64,000 nucleotides of DNA, taken from a virus. The stretch is from positions 1 to 64,000 of the IMG/VR virus record IMGVR_UViG_3300028840_002702; one strand, given 5' to 3'. The notes under the pieces were generated by a model. It was not told where the DNA came from. It did no database searches and saw only the letters and a program-made list of their open reading frames with translations. The translations under genes and the position numbers were made by a program. Positions 31,686 to 40,781 of the stretch are shown one piece after another. Every line of letters starts with the position of its first letter. Position 1 is the first letter of the stretch.

Positions 31686-32575
31686 CATCAAAAACATTAT
31701 CAAATCAAGAAGGATTTGTTAAATGGCTTAAAAGACATTTTAAAGAAGTTAAATTAAATCAAAGTGATAAATTACGTGATGAAAAACTTATAGAGTTTTT
31801 ATCTGATGTAGATTATGTTGTACTTGGTACTGAACCATTCCATAAAGATATTATCAAAAATACTAAAAATTTAAAGGCGGTCTTTAAATATGGAGTTGGT
31901 ATTGATAACATCGATTTCTTTGTTGCTGGTAAAAATAATCTTCCTATTTATTATAAGAAAGGTACAAATAGTGATGCTGTTACTGAAATTGCTTTAAGTT
32001 ATATTATTCAATTATTGAGAAATCAACATATTAGTTTTGCCGCTGCCCGAAATGGTTGTTGGGATAAACAAAAGGGTAAAGAACTATCTGAATCAATTAT
32101 TGGAATTATCGGTTTTGGTAATATTGGTCAATGTCTAAATACTAAACTTACTAGTCTTTTATGTTATGATATCTTATGGCATGATAAAAACAATCATAAA
32201 AATTCAATTTGTAACAAAGATTTAGAATTTGTTTTAAGTAACGCTGATGTTATTTCAATTCATATTGATAATGAAGATAGAATGAATACTAATTTCTTTG
32301 ACGATGAAAAATTAAGTCTTCTTAAAGATGGTGCATATATTGTCAATACAGCACGTGGTTCTATAATGGATTATGATGCGCTTGAAAAACATCTTCCAAG
32401 ACTTGGAGGAGTTGCATTAGACGTTTATCCTTATGAACCTAATATTCCTGAATTTTTATTGGATTCTGACAAAGTTATTTTATCATGTCATATTTGCGGA
32501 AGTTCAGAACAAGGTTTGAAGAATGGTGAAGAGTTTATTAAAGAAAGTATTAAAACTCATATGGAGAAAAAATAA
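31661..32575 (+). CDS. D-isomer 2-hydroxyacid dehydrogenase (SerA-like)
   Basis: KYGVGIDNID, IGIIGFGNIG, VNTARG, ALDVY..EP, HICG motifs. Confidence 0.88.
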   Translation: MYKDSIAVTSKTLSNQEGFVKWLKRHFKEVKLNQSDKLRDEKLIEFLSDVDYVVLGTEPFHKDIIKNTKNLKAVFKYGVGIDNIDFFVAGKNNLPIYYKKGTNSDAVTEIALSYIIQLLRNQHISFAAARNGCWDKQKGKELSESIIGIIGFGNIGQCLNTKLTSLLCYDILWHDKNNHKNSICNKDLEFVLSNADVISIHIDNEDRMNTNFFDDEKLSLLKDGAYIVNTARGSIMDYDALEKHLPRLGGVALDVYPYEPNIPEFLLDSDKVILSCHICGSSEQGLKNGEEFIKESIKTHMEKK

Positions 32576-32850
32576 TGAAGTGTTATAAATATACTGCAAT
32601 GGATGCTCAAGGAAAAGAGAAAAGTGGAAATATAGATGCTGAGAATGAAAATGATGCTAATGCTAAATTGAAAGAAATCGGTCTTTTTCCTACAAGTATT
32701 TCTAAAATAAAAACACCTAAGCAACCATCTGAAGAAGATAAAAAATCTACTATAGAACAAATTTTTGACAATTCCCTTATCAGAGAACCTGAAAAAATCA
32801 AAATTAAACTTTTCGGGTTAATTACAGTACTAACAATAGAGAAAAACTAA
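32575..32850 (+). CDS. stand-alone PilC/GspF N-terminal-like protein
   Basis: YKYTAMDAQGKEKSGNIDAENENDANAKLKEIGLFPTSI matches the N-terminal segment of type IV pilus/T2SS platform proteins; no TM helices. Confidence 0.6.
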   Translation: MKCYKYTAMDAQGKEKSGNIDAENENDANAKLKEIGLFPTSISKIKTPKQPSEEDKKSTIEQIFDNSLIREPEKIKIKLFGLITVLTIEKN

Positions 32851-32852
32851 AT

Positions 32853-33125
32853 ATGGAATGGATTAAAGAAGACGTAGAAAAAATATCTGAGATGTTTGAT
32901 ATTACCAAAGAAGAAGTTATGGATTTAGAATGTTTTAGTCTAGACCTTACAGATGATGAAATGGAACAACTAACAGAAGATATTCGCGATCTTGAATATG
33001 ATGTTGAAGAAGGTAAAGGAACGTGCAAATTATGTTTTGATAATCCATCTTCATTTCTTACCGCAACAGAAGCTTATGATGAATTCTATGGTTATGAACC
33101 ATCTGATATTTCATTTGACGAATAA
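32853..33125 (+). CDS. acidic hypothetical protein
   Basis: 90-aa very acidic ORF with CKLC. Confidence 0.6.
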   Translation: MEWIKEDVEKISEMFDITKEEVMDLECFSLDLTDDEMEQLTEDIRDLEYDVEEGKGTCKLCFDNPSSFLTATEAYDEFYGYEPSDISFDE

Positions 33126-33149
33126 AAATATTAAAAAGTTTTGTGAAGA

Positions 33150-33178
33150 GTTTATTTTTACGAGATTTGGTTTATCTA
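33150..33178 (+). promoter_or_regulatory. degenerate early/middle promoter GTTTAT-N17-TATCTA
   Basis: Same spacing as the other copies, upstream of AGGAG RBS. Confidence 0.45.
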
Positions 33179-33208
33179 TAAACAATTAAAATATTTTTAG
33201 GAGTCTTT

Positions 33209-34396
33209 ATGCTTTCACAATATAATGTTATAACACACCCCGCTGATAACGGAGGTTGTGGACATTACCGAATGAAATTTCCAGCTTGGGCAGCACAATC
33301 TTTGCGTAAAGATATTAGCATAGTTGAATCACCCAAGCTAATTCATATCCCAGGATTTTATCAAGACGTTAGAATGGTACGCATTCAGCGCCAATTAGCA
33401 GATTATTCATTTAAATTTGTACTTGAGTTTCTAAAGCCATTATCCGAAAAAATTGGATTTTGGCTTTCTTATGAAATTGATGATGTTGTTGGACGTCATG
33501 ATATTCCACGCTATAATTCCGGTTGGCAAACATTTCAGAATGATAAACTCATGATGAATATGAAATATATTTTGCAACTCTGCGATGTAGTTACTGTTAC
33601 AACACCGGAACTTGGTAATTATTATCATAGAAAATTTGGTGTTGATAAAAATAATATCATAGTAATTCCAAACTATCTTCCAAGATGGTGGATTGGTGAA
33701 AGTTATGATTTGGAAAAAATCAAAGCTAAAATTCAATCTGAACATAAACCTAGAATTGGATTTATTAGTTCATCTACTCATTTTGATCTATTTAATAGAA
33801 ATGATGGTGTTGATGATTTTACACATATCGTAGATTTTATTAGAGATACTGTTGATAAATATCGGTGGGTATTTATCGGTGGGGTTCCACAACAACTAAA
33901 AGATTTAGTTGAAGATAAAAAGATTGAATTTAATCCCGGTTTTGATATTTTGAATTATACGCGAATTGTTAATAGTATGAAGTTTGACTTAATGGTTGCT
34001 CCTCTTCAAGATAATGTTTTTAATAGATGTAAATCTAATATCAAATTTATTGAAATGGCCGCACTTGGTATTCCTTGTATTGTTCAAGATTTAACTCCAT
34101 ACAAAAAATATACTGATCTTCGCTTTACTGATGCAAATGATCTTCAAGATAAGATTGATTTTGTATTATCTAATAAAGAAAGATATCTTGACCTCGTTAA
34201 AAATAATCGTGACATCATTGATAATGGTGATTCTAACGCACCAAAAGGATGGTGGCTCGAAAATAATATGGATGTTTGGTTCCAACAATTTTGTGTTAAT
34301 CAACGTTCATTACGTTTTGATTTAAGAGAAATTAATTTCGAAGAAATAACTCCGGAAAATAAAAATAACGCCGGTGAAATAACGTTTGAGGTTTAA
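33209..34396 (+). CDS. GT-B glycosyltransferase
   Basis: GGCGHYR, YEIDD, VIPNY, APLQDNVFNRCKSNIKFIE motifs of a GT common in large phages. Confidence 0.85.
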   Translation: MLSQYNVITHPADNGGCGHYRMKFPAWAAQSLRKDISIVESPKLIHIPGFYQDVRMVRIQRQLADYSFKFVLEFLKPLSEKIGFWLSYEIDDVVGRHDIPRYNSGWQTFQNDKLMMNMKYILQLCDVVTVTTPELGNYYHRKFGVDKNNIIVIPNYLPRWWIGESYDLEKIKAKIQSEHKPRIGFISSSTHFDLFNRNDGVDDFTHIVDFIRDTVDKYRWVFIGGVPQQLKDLVEDKKIEFNPGFDILNYTRIVNSMKFDLMVAPLQDNVFNRCKSNIKFIEMAALGIPCIVQDLTPYKKYTDLRFTDANDLQDKIDFVLSNKERYLDLVKNNRDIIDNGDSNAPKGWWLENNMDVWFQQFCVNQRSLRFDLREINFEEITPENKNNAGEITFEV

Positions 34397-34397
34397 G

Positions 34398-35105
34398 ATG
34401 CAAGATATTTTATGTGGAATTTTAAATTATGGTAGAACCCATAAAGATATGAAAAAAGTACCCAATAAGATAAAGGGTGATGTCGTTATTTGTACCGATA
34501 ATCCTGAATTTTGGGGTAAAAGAGAAACAATTGCAGCTGAAGAATCTGTTGCAGCTAGTAAAAATAAGATTATAGATTTAGCTATTGAACGTGGTTATAA
34601 ATATGTGTTTATTATAGAAGATGACATTATTCCAAAGAATAAAAGTCTTTTTCTTGAATATAAACAAATGATGCAAAAATATGATTTATGTGGTATTATG
34701 TATGGTTATGATACTCCAATGAATAAAGTATTTGGAAAAAGACCTAATGCATCACTTATAATTACTGATCATCAAGGACATATAGTAAATATTAATCGCT
34801 ATCCTTGTTCATCTTTTATTGGCTTAAAAGTTAAACCTGACATGGTTAAATTTGATGAACAACTTTGTATTTTGGAAACAGATTTTTTGTTTATTGATAT
34901 GCATAAAAAGGGTGATCACCCATTTAATGGCTTCTTTTTTGACATATCAAAAAGCTGGGAAAAATTTAAGAAAATTGATGTTAAAAGTATTCGTAAGAAA
35001 AATCTTAATATGATTAATAAAGACCGTGAAGTAAGAAAAAAATGCGAAATTAAGCCAGATTTTTCTGCTGATGCAGTCCTCAAATATATGAACGAACACA
35101 GGTAA
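34398..35105 (+). CDS. divergent GT2-like protein
   Basis: VAASKN...YVFIIEDDI motif shared with 19632 and 20443. Confidence 0.55.
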   Translation: MQDILCGILNYGRTHKDMKKVPNKIKGDVVICTDNPEFWGKRETIAAEESVAASKNKIIDLAIERGYKYVFIIEDDIIPKNKSLFLEYKQMMQKYDLCGIMYGYDTPMNKVFGKRPNASLIITDHQGHIVNINRYPCSSFIGLKVKPDMVKFDEQLCILETDFLFIDMHKKGDHPFNGFFFDISKSWEKFKKIDVKSIRKKNLNMINKDREVRKKCEIKPDFSADAVLKYMNEHR

Positions 35106-35109
35106 AAAC

Positions 35110-35490
35110 ATGGAAAACATGGAAGTAGAAATGCCGAAAGGTATTGACTTCAATCCAGCAGGATTGGGTGGAGTCTACAGTAGAAAAGTTCATCTATCTG
35201 AAGATTCTACTGCACTCAATGATTTAGTAATTATTAAAATCATTGAACAAGATAGTAATAAACAAAAAGTTGGAGATATCTTTCTTCCTGATTCTACCAT
35301 TACAAATGTAGAATTGTTGAAAGGCGAGATTATTAGTCTAGGTCCCGAAGCAGCGAGGGCAAACATCCAAAAGGGTGACATTGTTTTATATGACAAGTGG
35401 TCAACCTTCTATAAACCGCCGACCACTCCTGGAACATTTGTAATCACAAAAATTGAGAATGTAATTTCTAAAGTTAAAAAGGAAAATTAG
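35110..35490 (+). CDS. groES: GroES/gp31-like co-chaperonin
   Basis: LNDLVII, GDIFLPDS, GEIISLGP, IQKGDIVLY motifs. Confidence 0.8.
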   Translation: MENMEVEMPKGIDFNPAGLGGVYSRKVHLSEDSTALNDLVIIKIIEQDSNKQKVGDIFLPDSTITNVELLKGEIISLGPEAARANIQKGDIVLYDKWSTFYKPPTTPGTFVITKIENVISKVKKEN

Positions 35491-35491
35491 T

Positions 35492-37819
35492 ATGTCGCTT
35501 AGAGCGCTCTCCGACTATACAATCTACGCTAAATATGCCAGATATTTACCTGACATGTTTAGACGTGAAACATGGGAAGAACAAGTAGAACGTGTATTTG
35601 CAATGCACGCTACAAGATTTACTGACGTTTTGGAAAATAATCCAGAATTTAAAGACGAATTTGAATTTGCAAAACGTCAAGTACTTAAGAAACGTGTATT
35701 AGGTAGCCAACGAAGTCTTCAATTTGGCGGGCCGCAGATAGAAAAACATAATGCAAAGATGTATAATTGCGCATTTGGATATATTGATAGACTAGAGGCT
35801 TTTAATGAAGCCTTTTATCTTTTATTATGCGGAGTTGGAGTAGGATTTAGTGTTCAACAACATCATGTCAGTTGTCTTCCCGTAATTAATAAGATTTCAG
35901 ATGATGCAGAAGAAGTTATATTTGAAATTGAAGATTCAATTGAAGGTTGGTCTGAATCTCTATCTGCACTTTTAAGTTCTTACTATAAAGAAGGTTTAAT
36001 GCCTGAAATGTATGGTAAGAAAATTAAATTTGTATACGATAAAATTCGTCCTGAAGGTGAACTTATTTCTGGTGGATTTAAAGCACCTGGCCCAAATGGT
36101 TTGGAAAAATCATTGGAAAAAATTAGAACACTTCTAAATAGAACAGAAACAAAACTACGTCCAATTGATGCTTATGATATTCTTATGCATATGTCTGATG
36201 CAGTTCTTTCTGGTGGTGTACGTCGATCAGCAACTATTTGTTTGTTCTCTCCCGACGACGATGAAATGATGAATGCAAAAACTGGCAATTGGTTTAAAGA
36301 AAATCCACAGCGTGCTCGTTCTAATAACTCAGCTTTATTAGTTAGAGGTGAAACTTCTGAAGAACAATTTGCCAAATTAATGAAGTCAACAAAAGAATTT
36401 GGTGAACCTGGTTTTATTTGGGCTGAAGACAAAGATATCGGTTTTAATCCATGTGCTGAAATTGGTTTGTATCCAAGAACTTTAGATGGACGTTCTGGAT
36501 TTCAGTTTTGTAATCTTACTGAAATTAATGGCAAATGGTGTTCAAGTAAAGATAATTTCTTGAAAGCTTGTAGAGCAAGTGCAATTATTGGTACAATGCA
36601 AGCTGCTTATACTGATTTTAAATACGTATCTGACGCTACTAAAGAAATTACTGAATACGAATCATTACTTGGTTGTTCAATTACTGGAATGATGGATAAT
36701 CCAGATGTTCTTTTTGATCCAAAAATTCAGAAAGAAGGTGCCAAATGTATAATTGAGGTTAATGAAAAAATTGCTAAAATGATTGGTATCCGTCCAGCAG
36801 CTCGTGTTACAGCAGTTAAGCCAGCTGGTACAACTTCTTGTGTTCTTGGTACAGCATCTGGTATTCACCCGCATCATTCTCGTCGTTATATGCGTCGTGT
36901 TCAAGCTAACTATTTAGAATTTCCAGTTAGACAATTCGCAGAAGTTAATCCATCTGCTGTTGAAGATTCTGTATGGAGCAATAATAACACCGATAAAGTT
37001 ATTACATTCCTTTGTGAAGTTCCGCCAGGAGCTATTGTTAAGAACCAACTAAAAGCAACTGATTTGCTTGAACGTGTTAAATTAACACAACAAAATTGGA
37101 TTGAAGCTGGTACTGTAAAAGAACGTTGTCGAATACCTGAACTTCGACATAATGTTTCTAATACTGTTACTGTTCTTGATGATGAATGGGATGAAGTAGA
37201 AAATTATATCTTTGAAAATAGAGGTTGGTTTGCAGGTATTTCATTACTTCCAGCTTCTGGTGATAAAGATTATCCACAAGCACCATTTACAACAGTACAT
37301 ACACCTCGTGAAATTGTACGTGAATATGGTGACGCATCAGTATTTGCTTCTGGAGTAATTGTAGATGGTCTTAAAGCATTCAATAATAATCTATGGGATG
37401 CATGTAACTGTGTTCTTGGTATTGGCGAAGTACTTCCAGAGAAAAAATCTCATCGAGAAGAACCAACACGACCACGTAAAAATGGTTATTCACCTGAAGA
37501 ATTTAATAAGAAACTTGTTAAATATGCAAGAGACCTTGAAAAATATTATGCTTCTGTTGAAGAGTATGATAAATGGTGGTATAAGAAAGAATGGGTCCGC
37601 CGCGCGGAAGGTTTTGCTGAAAAATATTTTAATGGTGATCTAAAGCGTATGACATACTGTTTAAAAGATGTCAATAACTGGAAAGTTTGGTGTGATCTTA
37701 ATAGAGAATATAAAGAAATTGATTGGTCTGAAGTTCAAGAACTTGAAGCACATTATGAATCAGTAGATACTATGGGCGCCCAAGCTTGTTCTGGCGGCAA
37801 ATGTGAAATTAGCTTCTAA
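35492..37819 (+). CDS. nrdJ: class II (B12-dependent) ribonucleotide reductase
   Basis: RRETWEE, YNC, GGVRRSA, NPCAEI, FCNLTEIN, VKPAGTTS, C-terminal ACSGGKC. Confidence 0.92.
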   Translation: MSLRALSDYTIYAKYARYLPDMFRRETWEEQVERVFAMHATRFTDVLENNPEFKDEFEFAKRQVLKKRVLGSQRSLQFGGPQIEKHNAKMYNCAFGYIDRLEAFNEAFYLLLCGVGVGFSVQQHHVSCLPVINKISDDAEEVIFEIEDSIEGWSESLSALLSSYYKEGLMPEMYGKKIKFVYDKIRPEGELISGGFKAPGPNGLEKSLEKIRTLLNRTETKLRPIDAYDILMHMSDAVLSGGVRRSATICLFSPDDDEMMNAKTGNWFKENPQRARSNNSALLVRGETSEEQFAKLMKSTKEFGEPGFIWAEDKDIGFNPCAEIGLYPRTLDGRSGFQFCNLTEINGKWCSSKDNFLKACRASAIIGTMQAAYTDFKYVSDATKEITEYESLLGCSITGMMDNPDVLFDPKIQKEGAKCIIEVNEKIAKMIGIRPAARVTAVKPAGTTSCVLGTASGIHPHHSRRYMRRVQANYLEFPVRQFAEVNPSAVEDSVWSNNNTDKVITFLCEVPPGAIVKNQLKATDLLERVKLTQQNWIEAGTVKERCRIPELRHNVSNTVTVLDDEWDEVENYIFENRGWFAGISLLPASGDKDYPQAPFTTVHTPREIVREYGDASVFASGVIVDGLKAFNNNLWDACNCVLGIGEVLPEKKSHREEPTRPRKNGYSPEEFNKKLVKYARDLEKYYASVEEYDKWWYKKEWVRRAEGFAEKYFNGDLKRMTYCLKDVNNWKVWCDLNREYKEIDWSEVQELEAHYESVDTMGAQACSGGKCEISF

Positions 37820-37826
37820 TTAATAA

Positions 37827-37916
37827 GGAACTTGGAATTTCAAATTTTAATTGTAATTCATAATCAGAAATATGGGTCCTGATGAATTTGTTACAATTAA
37901 TGAAATTCCAAGTTCC
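37827..37916 (+). other. 90-nt imperfect inverted repeat (long hairpin) after nrdJ
   Basis: GGAACTTGGAATTTCA/TGAAATTCCAAGTTCC perfect 16-bp outer stem plus inner AATTGTAA/TTACAATT and TTCAT/ATGAA stems. Confidence 0.8.
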
Positions 37917-37945
37917 GAATTTTAACAAAAAAGAGAAAAAGAGAA

Positions 37946-38278
37946 ATGAAAAAAGAAAATTTATCAGCGGGGCATATTACGTTAGGATGTCTTTGGGTTT
38001 TAATGATATTTCCAATAGCAATATTTTTAAACGCATACACCTTAATGAATATTTGGAATTGGTTTATTTCACCATTAGGTCTTACTACAATAAATTTAGT
38101 ACACGCTATGGGGATCTCAACAGTTATTGGATTTTTCTTAATCAATATTAAAACTAATGATTCTCCAGTAAAAACTAACGAAACTATTATTGAATTAATA
38201 ACTAGATGTACAGCAAAAATAATTTTTGTTCCATTGTTCATACTTTTGTATGGTTATATTTTGTCAAAATTTATGTAA
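37946..38278 (+). CDS. membrane protein
   Basis: Three hydrophobic segments; WNWF..P.G motif common in phage membrane proteins. Confidence 0.7.
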   Translation: MKKENLSAGHITLGCLWVLMIFPIAIFLNAYTLMNIWNWFISPLGLTTINLVHAMGISTVIGFFLINIKTNDSPVKTNETIIELITRCTAKIIFVPLFILLYGYILSKFM

Positions 38279-38287
38279 GGTATAATT

Positions 38288-38689
38288 ATGAAAGAATTAA
38301 CTATTTATGATTTAGCTGAAACGTTATGGCGTGTAGATACCGATCCTATTTTATTAGGTGTTTTCGATGGTTATGAAATTTTTAATACTCAATTTCATAT
38401 TGAAATGAAGGATATAAATCCAAATGCCGTTATTGCATGTAATATTGAAGAAGGTTGGATTGATATTGAACCAATTAAAAATGCACAAATACCGGCTCAA
38501 CCATTTATGACAACACAAAATAGTATAGCTAATAAATTAGTGCAACGACCTGATTTATATGATAAAGTTACTAAACGTCGCACACTTATTGGAAAAGTTA
38601 TTATCTATGATTTAGAAGGTTTAAAACCACTTGTTGAATTTGAAAGAACAATTAAATCTCCAGGATTTTCTATTTATGAAGCAGGGTAA
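38288..38689 (+). CDS. hypothetical protein
   Basis: 133-aa ORF with AAGG RBS. Confidence 0.6.
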   Translation: MKELTIYDLAETLWRVDTDPILLGVFDGYEIFNTQFHIEMKDINPNAVIACNIEEGWIDIEPIKNAQIPAQPFMTTQNSIANKLVQRPDLYDKVTKRRTLIGKVIIYDLEGLKPLVEFERTIKSPGFSIYEAG

Positions 38690-39602
38690 TAAAGAATATA
38701 TTCAAGATTGTCAAAAACCATTTGGCACAAATAGTCATATTGTTAAAACTTTAATTAATTTGATGTCTACTGAGCCCCTTTTTGGGGTTCAGGCTATTAG
38801 TGATATCAATAAATGTGTATATGCTGTTGATACTCATACTGATATGTACATTAATAATGATGTAAATCCAGTAAAAATTAATGATCATGATAAATTTACT
38901 ATGACCGCTAGATCTATGGAAGAATTAGCTAAGAAATTAGATAAGTATATTGTAGAAGAAATTATAGATTGGGTTCAACATGTTGAGCCACTAGATCTAG
39001 ATATTTCTAACGAAGATACAATTAAAGTTTGTCTAAGATCTAGTTATTTAAAATTGACACGAAGTCTTTCAAGACCAATTCAACCACAAGATTTAGTTGT
39101 TATTGGACCACCTCGTGTTACGTCATTTATTCCACCACTAAATCGTAGAATTAATAATGAATCTGATACTACCATTGTTACACATGGTGCTGAATCAAAT
39201 CCATTCATGAGTCCTGTGATTTTGGCAATTGAACATATTGGTGTAAGTCATAGAGATTATGCTATTAGATGTGCTGTTAAAATTTTAGATCCTGATATTC
39301 ATTTTTGTATAATGGAGAATACAAAAACTCCAATATATTCTAAAGATGAAGAAACTGATCTAAAAATTGATCCTACAATGGTTCCTAGAAAGATTAATAC
39401 ACCTGTTGAATTTAAGCAGCTAACACCAAATAATATAACTGATGATGAAAAAGAAATGATTTTGAAAAAATGGAAACCACTTCTTGACGCTGATAAAATT
39501 CCAATGGATGATAATACGCGCGCAGCTACAGCAATGGTACTTGAAAATACACAACGTGCTTTTCAGGTTCCAGAACAAAATAAAAATAAAAAGAAAAATT
39601 AA
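38676..39602 (+). CDS. degenerate major-capsid (gp23/gp24)-like protein
   Basis: LFGVQAI, EELAKKLDKYIV, VVIGPPRV segments and C-terminal LKKWKPLLD...RAATAMVLENTQR resemble T4-like gp23. Confidence 0.45.
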   Translation: MKQGNKEYIQDCQKPFGTNSHIVKTLINLMSTEPLFGVQAISDINKCVYAVDTHTDMYINNDVNPVKINDHDKFTMTARSMEELAKKLDKYIVEEIIDWVQHVEPLDLDISNEDTIKVCLRSSYLKLTRSLSRPIQPQDLVVIGPPRVTSFIPPLNRRINNESDTTIVTHGAESNPFMSPVILAIEHIGVSHRDYAIRCAVKILDPDIHFCIMENTKTPIYSKDEETDLKIDPTMVPRKINTPVEFKQLTPNNITDDEKEMILKKWKPLLDADKIPMDDNTRAATAMVLENTQRAFQVPEQNKNKKKN

Positions 39603-39607
39603 GATTA

Positions 39608-39636
39608 GTTTACTTTGATATTTTTTGATTTATATA
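39608..39636 (+). promoter_or_regulatory. early/middle promoter GTTTAC-N17-TATATA
   Basis: Conserved spaced motif upstream of the nucleotide-metabolism operon. Confidence 0.6.
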
Positions 39637-39663
39637 CAAACATAAATTTATTTAGAGGATATT

Positions 39664-39987
39664 ATGGCTAAAAAACAAAAAGAATCAACCAAATTTTCTT
39701 TGGCATTAAAAGAACTCGGTTACGAATCAATCGGTGAATTTGTTGAACTAGTAGGTGGCTTTGCTGCTATGATTAGTGAAGGTAAAGATGCAAGTATTAT
39801 GGCAAAACCACTTGCTGAACACTGTGGTGTTTTGATTGAACGTATGGGACACCTTGATGCTGTTAAGAAAAAGAACCGCGATCTCAAAGAAATTGATGAA
39901 CAAATTGAGAAAGCAAAAGAAGATAAACCAGCAATTACAATGGATTTGGATCCTTCATTGATTGCAAACCTTAAAGGTCAAAAATAA
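39664..39987 (+). CDS. hypothetical protein
   Basis: 107-aa ORF with GAGG RBS. Confidence 0.65.
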   Translation: MAKKQKESTKFSLALKELGYESIGEFVELVGGFAAMISEGKDASIMAKPLAEHCGVLIERMGHLDAVKKKNRDLKEIDEQIEKAKEDKPAITMDLDPSLIANLKGQK

Positions 39988-40478
39988 TGATTAAATTTTC
40001 AAAAGTACGTGACGTAAAATCACCAACCCGAGCTAATACTACTGACGCAGGTATTGATTGGTTTATTCCTAATGATCTTACTAACGAAGTCTTTGAAGAA
40101 AAGAATAAAGTTAGTAATGCTTATGTTGGTTTAGGCGGTATTGTAATTACACCACATGGTAGAGCGTGTATTCCAGCTGGAATACATATTAATATCGATG
40201 AAGGTTGGGCGCTTATTGCTGCTAATAAATCAGGCGTAGCTACTAAGAAAGGTCTTGTATTTGGTGCACAAGTTGTTGATAGTGATTATCAAGGTGAAGT
40301 TCACATTAGCGTAATTAATACAACTGATAAAGAAGTAATTCTTGAATTTGGTGCTAAAATTATTCAATTCCTTTATATGCCAGTTGGATTGGATATGCCA
40401 GAAGAAGTTCCATTTGAAGATCTTTATACTGAAGAAACTAATCGTGGTACTGGTGGATTTGGATCATCTGGAGTATAA
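39987..40478 (+). CDS. dut: trimeric dUTPase
   Basis: DAGID, KSG, VDSDYQGE, RGTGGFGSSG motifs. Confidence 0.93.
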   Translation: MIKFSKVRDVKSPTRANTTDAGIDWFIPNDLTNEVFEEKNKVSNAYVGLGGIVITPHGRACIPAGIHINIDEGWALIAANKSGVATKKGLVFGAQVVDSDYQGEVHISVINTTDKEVILEFGAKIIQFLYMPVGLDMPEEVPFEDLYTEETNRGTGGFGSSGV

Positions 40479-40481
40479 TAA

Positions 40482-40781
40482 ATGTCTATAACCAAACAAA
40501 CTGTGTATATATGCGATAATTGTAATGACAAGAAAACATATAATGAAGATACGTTTGGTGGAGCTCGCCCCTATGTGTACAATTTAGAATGTACTGGGGG
40601 TGGAGTTCTAAGAGATTCTAAACAGACTAAATACAATTTTTGTTCTCTTCAATGTGTGGGTGAGCATGTGCATAAACAAATTGAATTAGAATCTGTAAAT
40701 AAAAACCAAGACACACGTGTACAGGATGCTTTAGATGCCCTCAAAGGAAATTATAGATCAGACGTTTCTACGGATAGCTAG
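40482..40781 (+). CDS. small Cys-rich (zinc-binding) protein
   Basis: CDNC and FCSLQC pairs. Confidence 0.6.
   Translation: MSITKQTVYICDNCNDKKTYNEDTFGGARPYVYNLECTGGGVLRDSKQTKYNFCSLQCVGEHVHKQIELESVNKNQDTRVQDALDALKGNYRSDVSTDS

Noticed and set aside
18555-35105. Bacterial O-antigen/capsule locus from host contamination or misassembly
   Set aside because: No wzx/wzy/ABC export genes; same promoter motif as flanking phage genes; contiguous with gp46 and GroES/nrdJ
37827-37916. Hammerhead ribozyme (CTGATGA...GAAA present)
   Set aside because: Stem I cannot form next to the putative cleavage site and stem II is weak; the simple long hairpin explains the sequence better
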